Below are positions 22,558 to 36,202 of a stretch of DNA of 64,000 nt, piece by piece (the first letter of the stretch is position 1; each line of letters opens with the position of its first letter). The position numbers and the translations under genes are program-made. Source of the DNA: Guillardia theta CCMP2712 (lineage: Eukaryota; Protista; Cryptophyta). The DNA lies in the NCBI RefSeq assembly GCF_000315625.1, contig NW_005434638.1, forward strand, positions 251,300 through 315,299, read 5' to 3'. The notes under the pieces are model-generated. The model saw only the letters and a list, made by a program, of their open reading frames with translations. It ran no database searches and was not told where the DNA came from.

Positions 22558-24429
22558 GATGAGAAGAACTAGCGCCGCCACGACGGCAGACCGACCCGCC
22601 ATGGCTGAACCAACCACAAGAAGGGTGATTGTGCACTCAGTGTAGGTGGGGGTCCTTCCACTACCCCTGACTTCTCCATGAATTCGGGGTAATATATAAG
22701 GATGACTAGGGGGTGATACTCTTCCTTTACTGGGTACTCATTCCAAATGGGTAGGTCATGGAACCCCCTGGAGGAGGCCGCTGAGGTCAACCCACCCTTG
22801 CCTTCTCCCCTGTCAAGTACCGGTGTGTGACCAGTAATCAGAATTCCGGTAATAATCCGGCGATAATTAGTTGTCTTTCTTTTTTTATTTTACAGATTTT
22901 TTCTATCTTTTTGTTTTGCCTTGAACAGTGATGACTGGAGCATTTCGGCAGTGTACCCTACCCTACTAGTGTGCAAAGTGAGGGGCCATAACCGGTACTT
23001 TGACCAGGCTACATCTACTCGTGAGAGCGGCATTGGCCGGTGACCACCGGCGGGTGAGTCATGGCGGCCGTGAGTGGTGAAGTGGGGTAGGGGGTACTTT
23101 TATGGCCTATGGCACGGGGTTCATTCTGGGCTTTGAGGGGGGTCAGACGGTGCCAAGGTTGAGTGATCAGATCACCTTCCAGGGGTAGTGCAAGGACCCC
23201 ACCTACCCTGGTCCTGCTGCAGATCCAAGAATGTGACGTTAAACGGTCTCTGTCTACTACCCCACCGCTCCATTACCCTCATCAGTACCCTAGCTAGTCA
23301 GAGCCTCCCCTCAACAGGACCCTTGCAACCTCAATGATAAGTACGGGTACTTAACAATAAACTGAAAAGACCGGTGTTTAGTACCCCATTCCAGGGGTAC
23401 TAAGCAATGGGAATGTAGTACTCCATTCCAGGGGTACTACCAACATGGTGTAAGGGAGGACCCCTTCAGTGGTCAGAATCCGACCACCCTACCCCACCTC
23501 CTCATAGGAGAAGTTCCTCGGCGTCTCGCCAGCTCTTCCGCCGATCGCCATGCCCATGCCACTCCCTGTTTCCTCTGGAATGTACGCCACCGGTGCCCCC
23601 TTCGGCTCCATCACCCAGCAGGTGAGAAGAACCTCCTCTATCTCTTCGCATCTCCACATTTTGTTATCTTTCCATGTGTAAAGCTTGACATGTCTCTCGC
23701 TCTTCTTTCCTCTCCAATGTTTTGCACGTGTCCGAGCGTGATATGTCGGGTTGGCACATGAGTCTATTTGAGTTTTGTAATCGGATGACTTGCAATCATT
23801 CATAATCATTTCTCCTATTTGGTGGACCTTCATTTTGACCCGGTCAGGGGTAATGTACACTGACTGTCATTTTTAGCAGATGTACACCTCTGGAACTCAG
23901 ATGTCTTACACCAACTACCCCATTGTGAACTCTGGCAACGTGAGTTGATTCTTTACACAAGGATTGCCTCTGATTTTTGTTGCAGCCCATCCAGGAGGCC
24001 GAGGTCGGAGCGCCAGGCACCCCCCTCACCTTCGAACTCTGCGAGAGGTTGGGTCTTCCTCAGGGAACTCTCTGGGGCAACAACGCTAGCGCTACCATGG
24101 CTGCCCCCGCCCCCACCGCAACCGGCTTCCTCCTCCCCGGCAAGGTTGCATGAAGAGTTATATAGTTTGAAGATGACATGTAGCTAAAATGATTAAACCC
24201 CGACTAAAAGATGCGCACATGGCAGATTCCACTCTGTGTTTTGCTGCTTGTACTCGATCATTCGTACCGGTTTCGCAATATTTAGGAACAGATAGAAGAG
24301 AAGATTTTGCTCATCACTCAAAATTCTCTGTAATGTCTGCGCTGTCTGCTTTTCTGGTAGGTAACTTAATTTTCATCGGCCGCCACGGAGGAGTGGGAAG
24401 GGCCGCCGTAGACGTACCTTAGCAAATTG

Positions 24430-25394
24430 AGTCATACCACTTTCTCATACGACTGTAGAACAAACCCGTAAGGGACATAGTCGGAGTCCGAGAAATCGGC
24501 GATGCTAAGGGGCTGGAAAACCAAGTGTCAACGGCCACGAACTTTGTAAGACGGTCTTACCTCTCCGTTGTGCCAAGCAGCAGGGTCAGCAGCGTTCTTT
24601 CCTCCACGGTTGCCTAACAGAGAAAGGAAGTAGAGAAGCAGACGTCAGTCTGCAACGCTCTTCACACAAACATCCTTACCCCAGAAGACATTGGTTCCAG
24701 CAAGAGCAGGATCCCAGCCCATGGCATCATTGACAGTCTCGTCGGGCAGAATCTTCGTTCAGGCTGTCACTTGTACAGGTGTGCAAGGAATTTCACCAAA
24801 CCTCGGTATCCTCCCCATCATGCAAAGTGGTGTCGTAGTAGCCAGTCCATCCGTTGGAAGCGGTCACAGACCCTCGTCCCTTGAAGGCGTAGCCGACTTC
24901 ATGGAAAGGTCATGACAACGGAGCATAGTTCACTAGTTGAACTTTCACACCTGATGGGTCGCTCTGATCCTCCCAGGCACCTCCGTTGGTGGGAAGAACC
25001 TGTAGCGACTTTAGTTGCCCACCAAGAGGGGAAATGGTGCAAGGGGAACATACGGTATCGATGTCCTGCCAAGCTTGATCTGGGCTGTACCAAATGTTTT
25101 TGAGAGCGGCCGGGTCAGCGTTGGAGTCCAATGGTCTTCCACTCTCAAGGTACTTGGCAGCATCGGAGCTTCCCAAGATGACGGGGCCTTTGAAACATAC
25201 CTCAACTCAAGGTTCAAGAATCATTTGCTAAACTCACCTTGGTTGTTTCTTTGCCCCATAATTGTAACCACAGCCAAAGTGCCCAAGATCGCACTCGCCG
25301 AGACGATGAACCTTACAGTGGCAGCACGGCGAGATCTTGAAACAAACCTTCCACCTGCCTCGGGCAAGGAGCCATAATCCGAAATGGTCACCAT
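24430..25394 (-). CDS. Small type II membrane protein (YGS motif plus one TM helix), multi-exon
   Basis: MVTISDYGSLPEAGGRFVSRSRRAATVRFIVSASAILGTLAVVTIMGQRNNQ|GT donor, followed by W/D/G-rich exons. The 3' end is approximate. Confidence 0.6.
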
Positions 25395-26647
25395 CTCACT
25401 GAAAAGAAAAGTTTGATCAGGGCAACCAACCTAATCAAATGAGGGGGAATCCAAAGCTGAATTTAATGGATCAAGGAGAAAGTCTCTAATGTGTGATAGA
25501 TAGTTTGCACCGTCTCGAGAGCCATACAGACACCTGAAAACTATGCTGAAACTCTTCCGAGTTCGAAGTTCCTGGTCCATGCCTACTCTTTGCCCTCATT
25601 TGCTTCCATCATCCATTGCAATTGAAATACTCAGGGCTGTCTGTTGCAAAGGTACGGCTATCATGTTGAAACATCAAGCGAGTCGCTCCTGTTATTCCTC
25701 TCCTCTCCTCTCCTCTCCTCTCCTCTCCTCAGCCTCCTCTCCTCTCCTCTCCTCTCCTCTCCTCTCCTCTCCTCTCCTCAGCCTCTTCTTCTCTCCTCTG
25801 TTCTCTTCTTTCTTCTGTTCTCCTGCTCTGCTGTGCCCTGCTCTCTCCTCCTCTCCTCCATGCGTCTTAAGTTTCCAGCCTCATTGACGCGAAGAGCCAT
25901 TGCATCACCTGAGCCCGCCCGCCCTTCCAGTGCTGTGAAAAATAGGACAGCAATTTTGATATTCTATGTGATTTATTAGATCAAATAATGATTTTTCGAA
26001 TTCTGTCCTCAAATCTCACCTATGTATTTGATGGGGCAGACTTGTTGAAGATGCGGCCGCACAGCGACAGACCTAAAAGATGGCTGAAGACGAACAGCCG
26101 AACAAGCGGAGAAAAGTGAGTGAGGAGGAGAGAGAGAGGAGAGAGAGAGAGAGAGGAAAAGAGGAGGGGAGAGGAGGGGAAGGGGAAGGGGAAGGAAGGG
26201 GGGAGAAGAAGCGGAGGGAGGGCAAGGTGTGGACAGGGAGGAATTGATAGATGAGAAATCACAGAAAAGAAGAGAAAGATAACAAGATCTAACCCATCAC
26301 ACAAGGGGGATACAAGGAGTGGAATTAAGGAAATGTTCATCAGACACAGCTGAAGTGATGCTTGAGGAAACACAGTGATGGTGAACCAATGTAGGACAAC
26401 CAAGGAGTTAAAAACATCCCTGCCCATCGTGGAGCTTTCAAGAGACATCTGCGGAAGCACACCCTGCTGTAACCAATGGCAGAGGGATACCAGATGTCCT
26501 GACGCTGCTAAAGGTTCCAGCGCGAAGGGGGTGAATTATCGCCAGCTTTCCTGGTGACCTGCGATCAAGGCAAAGAAGCAAGGTTTAGATCACGATGGGA
26601 GTAATTGCAGATCAGTGTGACAAGGTCTCAGGTGCATCCAGTCAGCG

Positions 26648-27920
26648 GTGGAAGTGATCAAAAATGGAATCAAAGCTCTCGGAGGCGAAAGAGGCAACAG
26701 GTACAGGAGTCGGGCTGTCCTGGGATGGCGGCTGCTGAGGAGCATGCAGCTCAACGGAGGCAGGAGGATCCGACCACGCGGAGAATTCGCTAGAAAGCAG
26801 CGAGGATGCTGCGAAGCCTGCGACATCTAAGAGGACGAGAGGAGCAGAGGATTCAAAAGATAGTCCGGAGGAATCGAGCCAAGGACAAGGCAAGCAATCC
26901 GGCAAAGAGGAGGACACATGGGTTTGCGATGCTGGATGCAATGGAGTGGTAAGAAGGAGAGGGCAAGAGATTCTTCTTGATGTGTTTGCTCAGGCATGTG
27001 TCACCATAGAAAGGAAAGGAATAGATCCCGTCGCTATACTCGAGTATCTGTATCCTCCTTCTCCTTTCTCTCTCTCTATCGCTGAGCTCGCCTGTAGCTG
27101 GGAGCATGTGAAGAAGTTGTCCGAGAGCCACAAAGTACGTGCAAGTTTGATCCTCCTCCTCCTGATTGTCCTAGGAGGAGCTTCACAAATTCATCCGGCA
27201 ACACAAGTTTTGTTATCGCTTCATTCCTCTGCAGGTTCTCGTCGCTCCTCTTCCTCCTCGATTGATCGATGAGTTTCTGGCCTGCAGAGGTTCTGCCGAG
27301 CTACGATGGACGACATCAGCTCGCTCACGACCGCATTCTTGAAGCTCGAGCTCGAGAAGATGGAGTCGACTTCCTTTTCGGTGAGATAGAGACGAAGCCG
27401 CACCAGGGTTTGAAAGGGAATTCATTTACAGATCATATGTGATGTCAGGAGCTGCAACTCGCTGAAGAAATCGGAAATCATCGAGAAAGTAGCCTTGCAG
27501 AACCTTCCTTCTCAACATTGAGCACGTATTAGATCGCCAAGGAGATCCCTGAAAAGCACAAGGTCCAGCTTTACAAGCCGGTCCGTCAACTCGCTCTCCG
27601 ATCTCTCAGCTGACTTGCCATGGACAGGAAGTCGTCATTGTTGTACAGGTCGCCGAAGCTTCAACCATCTGCTCTGAATGTCCATCAGGTCATCAAGTCT
27701 GCCTGCGGCATGTCGGTAGTCAAGGATGCTGCTCGCTTCCTCAAGAGCCAGTCAGGCAACTGAGGCACTTGCTTGCAGGCTGACTGTCGCTGCAGGAGAT
27801 CTTCCTTCAATCTCCTCCAGTACGCCCAGTCTCTCCTCGGGGGAGAGGAGGTTCCTTCTACCCAGGAATCGACATGACGAGAAATTTCCTCCTCAAGCTG
27901 CTCACTTATCGTTACCTTGA
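26648..27920 (+). CDS. Probable multi-exon hypothetical protein
   Basis: Coding-like exons (ILLDVFAQACVTIERKGIDPVAILEYLYPP; DDISSLTTAFLKLELEKME) with GT-AG introns; converges on the kinase gene. Confidence 0.4.
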
Positions 27921-27983
27921 CTTGCTTTTCACGCCATAACATTGTCATTACTCGAGGATTTCACGGTGTCTTCGCCCTCGCTG

Positions 27984-30586
27984 TCAAATCCGATTGCAGA
28001 AGAAGTTGTCAGGATGGTAAGCGCGGATGTCGTAGAAGAAAGGGTGCTGCAGCGCTTCCTCCGGTGTGATGCGCAGCATTGGATCAATCTGCCCCATCAT
28101 CATCATCTCGACATCCCTTCACGCCTCATCGCTCACCTCCAGCATGTGCGACACGAGATCCCGGAAGTCTCTGTGCTCCGGTAGGATGCGATCGCTCAAC
28201 GGCCACACTCGCATTACTGATTCACGCTGCGCCTGCGACTGAGGGACCGTCAAGTCGAGGAGGAAGAGAGGAGGGGGAGAAGGGAAAGAGCAGCACAGCA
28301 GCCATCGCGCGCAATAGAGAGGAGCATACCTGTGCCATCATCGGCCAGTTCAATTTCTGACCCCCGTCAAACATTTCTGCCACACTGAGCTGAAGTCAGT
28401 TCCCAATATGCCGGGCTGGAGGCGAACCTGTTGCCGAGCGGGATCCGCCGGACCATGTGGCAGGGAATGCGACCCGCGACCCTGAGGCAGAAGAAGAGGC
28501 TCAGAGGAGTCGGAGAGAGCGGGAGGGAGACCTTTGGATCATGGCCAGGTGCTGGAGGGTGTCGTGAGTGTTGAACGTGAGTTGGCCCTCATACAGCTCC
28601 TGCGAGCAGGTGAGAGGCGCTAGGTGGACGAGGCGGGTCGACCAGGAGGATGCAACCGACGCTCCACATGTCACAGGGGAAATTCCAACTCAGACCCAGG
28701 ATGACCTGGCGGAGTTTCAACGTCAGTCACTCCCCCCTCCTCCCCTCCCTCTCCGCCACTGAACCTCGGGGGCCCTGTAGTGTCTCGTTTGAATCAGCTC
28801 ACTGTGATGGTCCATCTCCCATGTCGCTCCGCCGAAATCGATCAGCTTCATCGAAAGATTTCAGCGAAGGTTCAATACAGGAACAAGGAGGAGGAGGAGG
28901 AGGAGGAGGAGGAGGAGGAGGAGGGGGGCGCAGAAGAGGGGGAAGGGAGGAGGGGGATAACCTTGATCGACACAGAAGCATCATCCAGCGTCATGGCCTC
29001 TGAGCCAAGGAGGATGTTCTGACACAATCAGTCACATGGACAATGATGGCACCAAGTGCCATGAGACCTCTGTCTTCAAGTCCGTGTGGATGAGGCGGAT
29101 AGTCCGCAAGAATGCAAGAGCCTCGCAAAGCTGTCTTGCTACTTGCCAGATCACTGACATCTGAAGGACAAGACACGTTAGGAATCGCCTCCCAATTGCT
29201 ATGAACTTCTCACCCTAGGCGCTCGCCCTTCATGTCTCATCTTCTTCAAGGCATGATACAAGCTATTTCCAAGAATTTCGGTCACGATGCAGAGGTGCCT
29301 GGATGCAAAAGTCACTCTCGGATGGAAATAGTTCCCATTGGGAGTCACCCATGATAATGGAAGTATTTGTATAACTTGACACAAAACCTGCAGGAAAAGT
29401 GACTTCATCCGAAGAAGTGAAGAGGATTTTGACCTCCCCGAGCGGTCGAATGTGGCAAGTTTGTCAAGGACCGCGACTTCATACTCAGCATCTTCAGATC
29501 TAAAGGTCATTTCTCAAGAGAGATGCGAGGACCTTGGACAACCTTGAACGTAGACAGGTACCCGACGAACAACCTTGAGAGCAATGTAATGTTGCCACTT
29601 GTTATCCCACGCCTGTATTGATTGAATGAGTCTGTGAAGAAGAAGCATCTAAATACTTTGAATACTGTTCCGAATGTTCCCTTGTCAATCAAGTTTGCAA
29701 TATCAAAGCGGTCCAGTGATGTTATGTTCGCCAGGATGTGTCTGTTCATTGGTGTTACGCTCGCCTGGAAGGAGAAGGTTTCTCACCCATCCGAATCAAC
29801 TGGAGGGGGCGATCGTACGCTGCTCCTTGCGAGTGCTGCGAGAACAGTAAGAGGCCAAGTAGTGCAATCATAGTTGTCAACCGAACGAAGGCTGTCTTGT
29901 TGAAGACAAAGTACTCTAAAGTAAACATGGAATAAGATCCAATGGAGAAAAACGACAAACAGTGAGAGATTTCTGAACACCTGTTCATGATTGAGAGAGC
30001 TCCTGCTATCTCCAATTCTGGAGTTTTCTGCTGAATCCATCGCTCGTGCATCTGCCAGTTGCTTTGCTTCACGCTTTTCCGAAATAATGTTTCTAGATCG
30101 CGGTGTTCCACTCGCTCGAGAAGTCGGCGCACTGCAACACAGTAAGACCTAAACAATTGCAGAAGTACACTCAGGATTTTACCTCGCGTATCCACATCTG
30201 GCATTGAAAGATGGTTTGCTCTTCAGGTTCATTCCTTTCCTAGCAGAGAATGTGTTCGCTCTGGCTCCATTGTCGTATATGCTCGCGCCATAGCCGTACG
30301 GAGGATCGAAGATTGGAGTGTTCCTGGCTTCCCCCGTGGGGCAATCGTCTCCTCTAGCTCGTTGATATCCATTTCCATCGAAGATTAACGAGCCAGATTC
30401 GCCAAAGTTGCTTTGAGGAGAATATTGAGCAATGCCTGGATTAAGGCCAGATGTTGTCGAGCAATCTTCTTGGCGTCTGTACCGTGATTGAATGAAAAAC
30501 AACATCCCTTTTCGGTGAGCCCTCGAGGTTTCGGTGCACCCACTCGAAAGAAGAGTGAAGGCGAAAAAGACCACAAAGGGCTTCAT
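27984..30586 (-). CDS. LAMMER/CLK-family dual-specificity protein kinase with N-terminal extension, multi-exon
   Basis: DSDG|HIL...[39 protein letters not shown]|[38 protein letters not shown] (EHLAMMER-like), [13 protein letters not shown]. The frame can be spliced back to ATG 30586. Confidence 0.85.
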
Positions 30587-33302
30587 TTCCCTTCTGTTGC
30601 CCAACATTCGGATTCCAACAACCAACAGGTTCCAAAACTTAGCTAGACCATCCGGCTTTCCACCATTTGGGAGATTTCTTGAAGGGAAAGACTCGGCTGC
30701 TGTCAGAGAGGCATTTCATACTGGCAAAAGCTGAAAAACAGTCAGAAACATTTCAAAAACATAGTCCTGGATTGTAATTATGTGTTTTGCGGACAAGTTC
30801 CATCAAACAAAGAAGAGAGAATGTGAGGGTTACGATTTGATATCACAGGCGAGTTCATGTAGCAAAGTTGTCACATCGTTGATGAGCTTGTGCCTCGTGG
30901 TAAAGAGCGACAAGCAACTAGTCATTAACTTCTACTATATTTGAGATGTGTGAGTGTGTGAGAGTAAGGCTTATGAGATGTGGAGCGAGTAAAGCTATGG
31001 AATATGAACTAAGAGCACTAGGAGTTATACAGGATGTCTTCCTCCACCCCCTCCCCCCCCCCCCCCGCCCCCCCCATCTTCCTGTTCCCTGATCTTTGCT
31101 ATGGGGTTTATCAATTGCAGGGGGTAACCCCTGACCAGCCCCTGGCCTTCAGAAACAAGCAGCGAGATCAAACCTATGGCTCACAAATGTGTACAGGATA
31201 TGTTGTCACAAGGAGAGATGGAAAGGTAGTCAGGAGAATGAATTTTAGGGAGGGTGAATGGGAAGGAGGCAGCCGGGAAGGCGGAGGCGGGGATGGTTGA
31301 AGGAGAGTAGAGAATTACAAGCAGTAGAGGCGGGGACTGAGGGATGCAATGAAACGAAACAGAAAAGAGTTTAGCTTACAGCAGTGAACGAGAGGAAGGA
31401 AAAGAGATTTTTATGGCGGGGGTTGTCAGGAAGCGCTCGAGAAAGGAAATGAAGACAGGGGAGGGGAGGTTAGATTAACATGTGTTGATACTGGTGAAGG
31501 AAAGGCAGAAAAGCAGGAAAAGAGGTTCTGATATTGTGCGCTATGTCCTGCTGACCTCTTATCTTGTGACCTACTGATGACTGCTGCTGCGTCATGACGG
31601 TACATGCCGCGGCAGTCCTGTTATGACCCTCCCACATTATGCTGTACCTCAACTTTGAAACTATCCGGGAAGGTATCCGCAGGTATCCGTGAAGTTATCC
31701 ATACAGTGACAGGCCCGGGCCCGGCCCGGCGCCGCCGGGCACCGGGCGCCGCCGCGGGCGCTGAGCCTCTCCGCTTAGGCCGCGGCGGCGCCCGGGCGCT
31801 GACCTCTCCGCTCGAGTCACTGATGTCGGGCCTTGAACGGTGCTGTATAGGGGAAGCCGTACCACACACGTCATCAGTAGGCCGATAGTAAGACGGTCTG
31901 CAGCCCGAGATTGGCAGAGTCACAGAACTTGATCAGCCTTCAGTGAACGGTTGAACCGTCGGGTGTGGGGCAGTAGGGGCCCGGGAACCGGGGGGCCCCG
32001 GCCCTAATGATTGGCCGACTCGATCGGAACTGTGGGGCAGTCACGGTGACAGTGGCTGGAAGTCACTGCTAGTGAGCCTCAGTTCAAGTTTCATAAACAA
32101 TGCATAATTGATCAAGGCAACGATGCATTTGAATCATGAGGGATGACGCGTGTTTGTTGAACACGTCAAAGCCCATCAACGTAGATATAAATTGTACCCA
32201 TGCTTTTACTCTAAATTACAACCAATGCAAAGAAACTCGAATTGAATTATGCCCAGCTCTGTCCGATACATCGGCCAAGGTGTTTTTCATGGACATTGTT
32301 TGCAGGCTCGTCCTTCTTCCCTGTGCTGATTGACGTTTCAGAATGAGAGCAGAAGTGGATGAAGATGGAATTCGAGTCAAAGAGAGTTCATGGCATACGA
32401 CACAAGCTCTCGAATGTACCACAGTTCACGGAGATCACATGGAGGCACAAACATGCAATCAGATCGTGGATCTGTCGTGATTTGTCGCACCATTGGAGAA
32501 GCATGGCAGGGTCAAGAAAACCACCCGTCTTGCTGTGACAAAATAGTGCAAAATGCGAAACTATGATCACATCATTATGATCACATCACGAAATTATGAT
32601 CACATCATGAAATTATGATCAAACGGCATAAGATCGAATATAAGCTTTGACAAAAGAGTTTGTCATACCTGGTGATCTGAATAGTTCAGCTTCCTTCGTC
32701 CACAAGAATCTGGTGACAACACACGAAATGTAAGCATTGTACCCAAACGGGGTTGGTTCTCAAATTGGTGAGGCAAATGTGCTTCAGTCTATGTGAGAAT
32801 TCTTTCTTCAGGTTTATAAGTTCAGAATCAAAGTTTTTTTTAGTGATTGAAGACATCAAAAGCACGTGTCCACCATGGGAACAGGTTTGTGTAATGCAAA
32901 CATCAATCATCATATCCCCAGCATACTCCTCCACCCCCCGACTTTCACGTGTCACTCACCAGTGTGCTTCCCGAGGAAGCATCTTCGGCACGCGCAGTGG
33001 AATGTCCACCCTACCCCTTAACTTTGAGTAAAGAAGTGGCACCCCGGGGAATATGGCACCTACTACGACCCCCGGATCCTATTCATTACCCTGCAAACCC
33101 TACTCCCCCTACCCCTTTTCCTAGTCCCCCTAGGACCCGCCGCCTAGGACCGGATCACTCTGGCCCGCCCCGGGCCCGGTAATGCCCGTGGCGTTCAACG
33201 GTTATCCGGGATGGCGGCGCTCCGCATCATCACTGAGTTTCAAGCAAAAACCTATCGAGGTAACTTTTGGAGTCCTTCAACTCAAAGTTAAGTTAAAAAT
33301 CC

Positions 33303-33404
33303 TTTACTCAAAGTTAAGTTAAAAATCAGTACGAGGACAATCAGGAGAGTCGAGGAGGCTTGACCCTGACACTGTCGCACAGGCCAAACGGCGAGAAGAG
33401 AAAA
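33303..33404 (+). repeat. 102-bp direct repeat, copy 1 (starts TTTACTCAAAGTTAAGTT)
   Basis: Identical to 36203-36304. Confidence 0.95.
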
Positions 33405-34658
33405 CTTAAAATCAGTCACGGTCACCGACTTCGTTCCCCGCCCCCCCGCCCCCCCGCCCCCCCTTTCGTTTCCTGTCACATCCCCGACGTTAGGACTTCA
33501 CCGACCTGATCACCCCACCCCCACATTGAGGCCGGCTGAGCCCCCTTCGAGTCCCCACCGCTCCCCTTGGTGGCCCCGTACCTGGCCTCCTCCGGCAGCC
33601 CACCCGCCAACTTTAACCACCCCGTCCCGCCCCCACGGAAGTCACAATCACGACAGCTCCTCAGTTTACAATGTTAAAATCCAGCCGTCACAAAACCACG
33701 TCGTTCAGTGTAGATGTGTCCCTCGGCCCCCGCTTGGCAAGCAACGAAATCTTAACATTTCGCATAATACTATATGAGCAGATACGACCCGGTTAATGCT
33801 CAAGTACGTGACTGCAGGAAAAGGATTCATTTCAGCCATGGAAAGTCAGAGTGCGTTTTAGCACCCCAAGGACGGTACCCCCGCTAAAGATTGGGAAATC
33901 ACGGGTGCATTGGGATAGGTCTGTCAATGACTGCCTGGTGCAGTACCTGCAACCAAAGTACAAGTAATTTTATTTCACTGTCAGCGTGATGTCAAAAGTA
34001 GGTTTTTCGTTTTACCAAAAGCTAAACTTTGGTACCCTGACCACCCCTCCTTCCCCTCCAAATAACCCTCCCCTCGAAGTACCCAACCTGTGTGGTAACA
34101 AATGAGAGATAGCACCTTCCAGGTTGGCCTCCAATCTTCGCCTCCTCTGACCCCACCCCTACCCCCTTTTAATCATTAGAGTACCCAGTCGAGGCAGTGC
34201 AATAGATTGCACTCCTTCCACCCACCTGTTATAGGGGAAAAGAACCCTACTGTTGACGAACACACATCGTGGTACCCTACCCTGATTATGACTGAAACAG
34301 TACCCCTCCAACGACCGGAACTGCGCCCTACCCTCGATTGCCCATCCTGCTCTACAAACTCATCCTGCAATCTCGCCTACCCACTCGCTTCCCCGCAACA
34401 TCGCAGATCTTTACCTTCTTTACTCTCTTCTACCCTCTTTTGCTCTATCCATCTCTACCTGGACTATAGCCCAGACCTGTTCCTCCCTCCGGACTTAATT
34501 GCTATCTATTTCGTGCAAACCTCAACTCCTCCACTTGCTTGAATCCCCTCTCCTGCAATACATGTAAATAAGCCTCCCCGGCTTTTCTCTTTCCTGATTA
34601 TCTCTTCAAAGCTTTCGACTCTCTTCTCTTCATCGAACCCCATCGAATTCTCAAAGCA

Positions 34659-35252
34659 ATGGGAAATATCAGCTCGAACGATCAAGCTTACGGCAATTGC
34701 AGAATCGATGCTCTCTGCGAGAGTTTCCTCTCCATGCAGCAGCTCCGTGCCGAGAGGCTCCTCGGCCCCATAGACTGGCAGGACGACGACAGCTGCGAGA
34801 TGCACAGCACAATGAACACCATCAATAACTCCCTCATGCACGCTGCTCTACAAGACGTCGAGTGTACAAGGAAACCTCGCAGACGGCGGAACAGCTGCAG
34901 GGTAGCCTTCAGCATCCCCGCCGACGAGCCCGCCAGCTCAGACAGGCCCTTGACAGTCCCTCTGACCAAGACGTTCAAGGCGACCTTCACGACCTTCTTC
35001 CCCAGGACCCGCAGCAGCGACTCGATTCCTTGCGAGACATCCGCTAATGTCGACCTGGACGAGAGTGGGCTCAACAGCCCTGCGGAATTTGAGGACTCCA
35101 AGGTCGCCCTGCTGAAGCAGCAAGGTGCCAAGCTCAAGAGAGCCGCCGCCTACGTCCAGGAGCGGATCAAGTCGCTGTCATTGCCCAAGGCGGTGGATGT
35201 AGGGAGCTGGACGAGGATGGAGGTACAGCAAGCATGGATGGAGGGTTATTGA
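34659..35252 (+). CDS. Intronless MGN/RVAF family protein, copy 1 (197 aa)
   Basis: Open ORF MGNISS...KPRRRRNSCRVAFS...WTRMEVQQAWMEGY; paralogous to the copies at 36768 and 41687. Confidence 0.75.
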   Translation: MGNISSNDQAYGNCRIDALCESFLSMQQLRAERLLGPIDWQDDDSCEMHSTMNTINNSLMHAALQDVECTRKPRRRRNSCRVAFSIPADEPASSDRPLTVPLTKTFKATFTTFFPRTRSSDSIPCETSANVDLDESGLNSPAEFEDSKVALLKQQGAKLKRAAAYVQERIKSLSLPKAVDVGSWTRMEVQQAWMEGY

Positions 35253-36202
35253 AAGGCAAATGGACTTGTGGCATTATAGTAGCTCTGTATTGTAAATGAT
35301 GTAAATACACTATTCTTTCTATCGAAGTCAAGGAGCGCCGCAAAAATCATTTGAGGTAATCGAGAGTACTGATAGGCAATGTGCCACTCCCTGGGGTGGA
35401 ATGGCAGCAGAAAACAAGGTCCTTTTGCGTGAAAATCCAAGCGCTATTGCAATACGAGCTATATCGTGTTAGAGCTGGGGACCTATCATCTCTACACTTT
35501 CAAGGTGTTGCTGACGACGATGTGGGAATGGCACTAGACGGTCGCCTTTTTTCGGTGCGGTATCACACTGTTGGTGCCATCCGCTACTTGTTTCGCTGCA
35601 GAAGTTGATTTACAATTCAGCCATGCTGGCTCGATGACAAATTCCATTCATTACTTGACATCGTGCCTGAGAGGACACAATGATAGATCAAAAAGACTTT
35701 GCGATCTTGCACCTGGCTCGTCACGTAAGGAGATATGCCAGTATTGAGCCGAGCGTACCCTGCGGCTGCTTCGCTCTGTACGAGGCTTGCGGGGAGACAG
35801 ACTCTCCGGCAAAGTCTTGTAGTGCAGCGTGTGCTCAAACAGCCTCTGTGAGATCACACATTGCCAAGAGAACTTATTTATTCCTTGTTGACCAGAACAT
35901 TTCAATGAGCAGAGCAAATGTGCTCAAGTAGAGATAGACAAAGTCTGTGAACCATCAAAACCCAATGAAAAATACCTTTACAACGTGTCACAGCTGCTTT
36001 CAGATTCAAGTTTATTCCAGATGAATTGTGACCTGTGTTGTCCAGCACATCATCCAATGCTTTGTGTTTGTGATGCATGATTTACGCCGACGAGCAAGGC
36101 GACCTTGACGACCTTCTTCCCCAGGAGAAGGGCCAGGCTGTAGGGCCTGAGGAGCGGCTGATGAGTGTCATCGTCCGTCGTGCATTCTCTCAGTTCACCG
36201 AG

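Noticed and set aside
23489-24187. Possible minus-strand gene
   Set aside because: No consistent spliced frame or recognisable motif could be built.
10341-29003. Poly-Cys, poly-Ser, poly-Arg, poly-Glu and SPLLS/RRGEE ORFs
   Set aside because: Translations of intronic or intergenic microsatellites ((CTG)n, (CTC)n, (GGA)n, (CTCTC)n).
32100-32960. AT-rich segment with short ORFs and a small ATGATCACATC tandem
   Set aside because: No identifiable product; too weak to call as a gene or TE.
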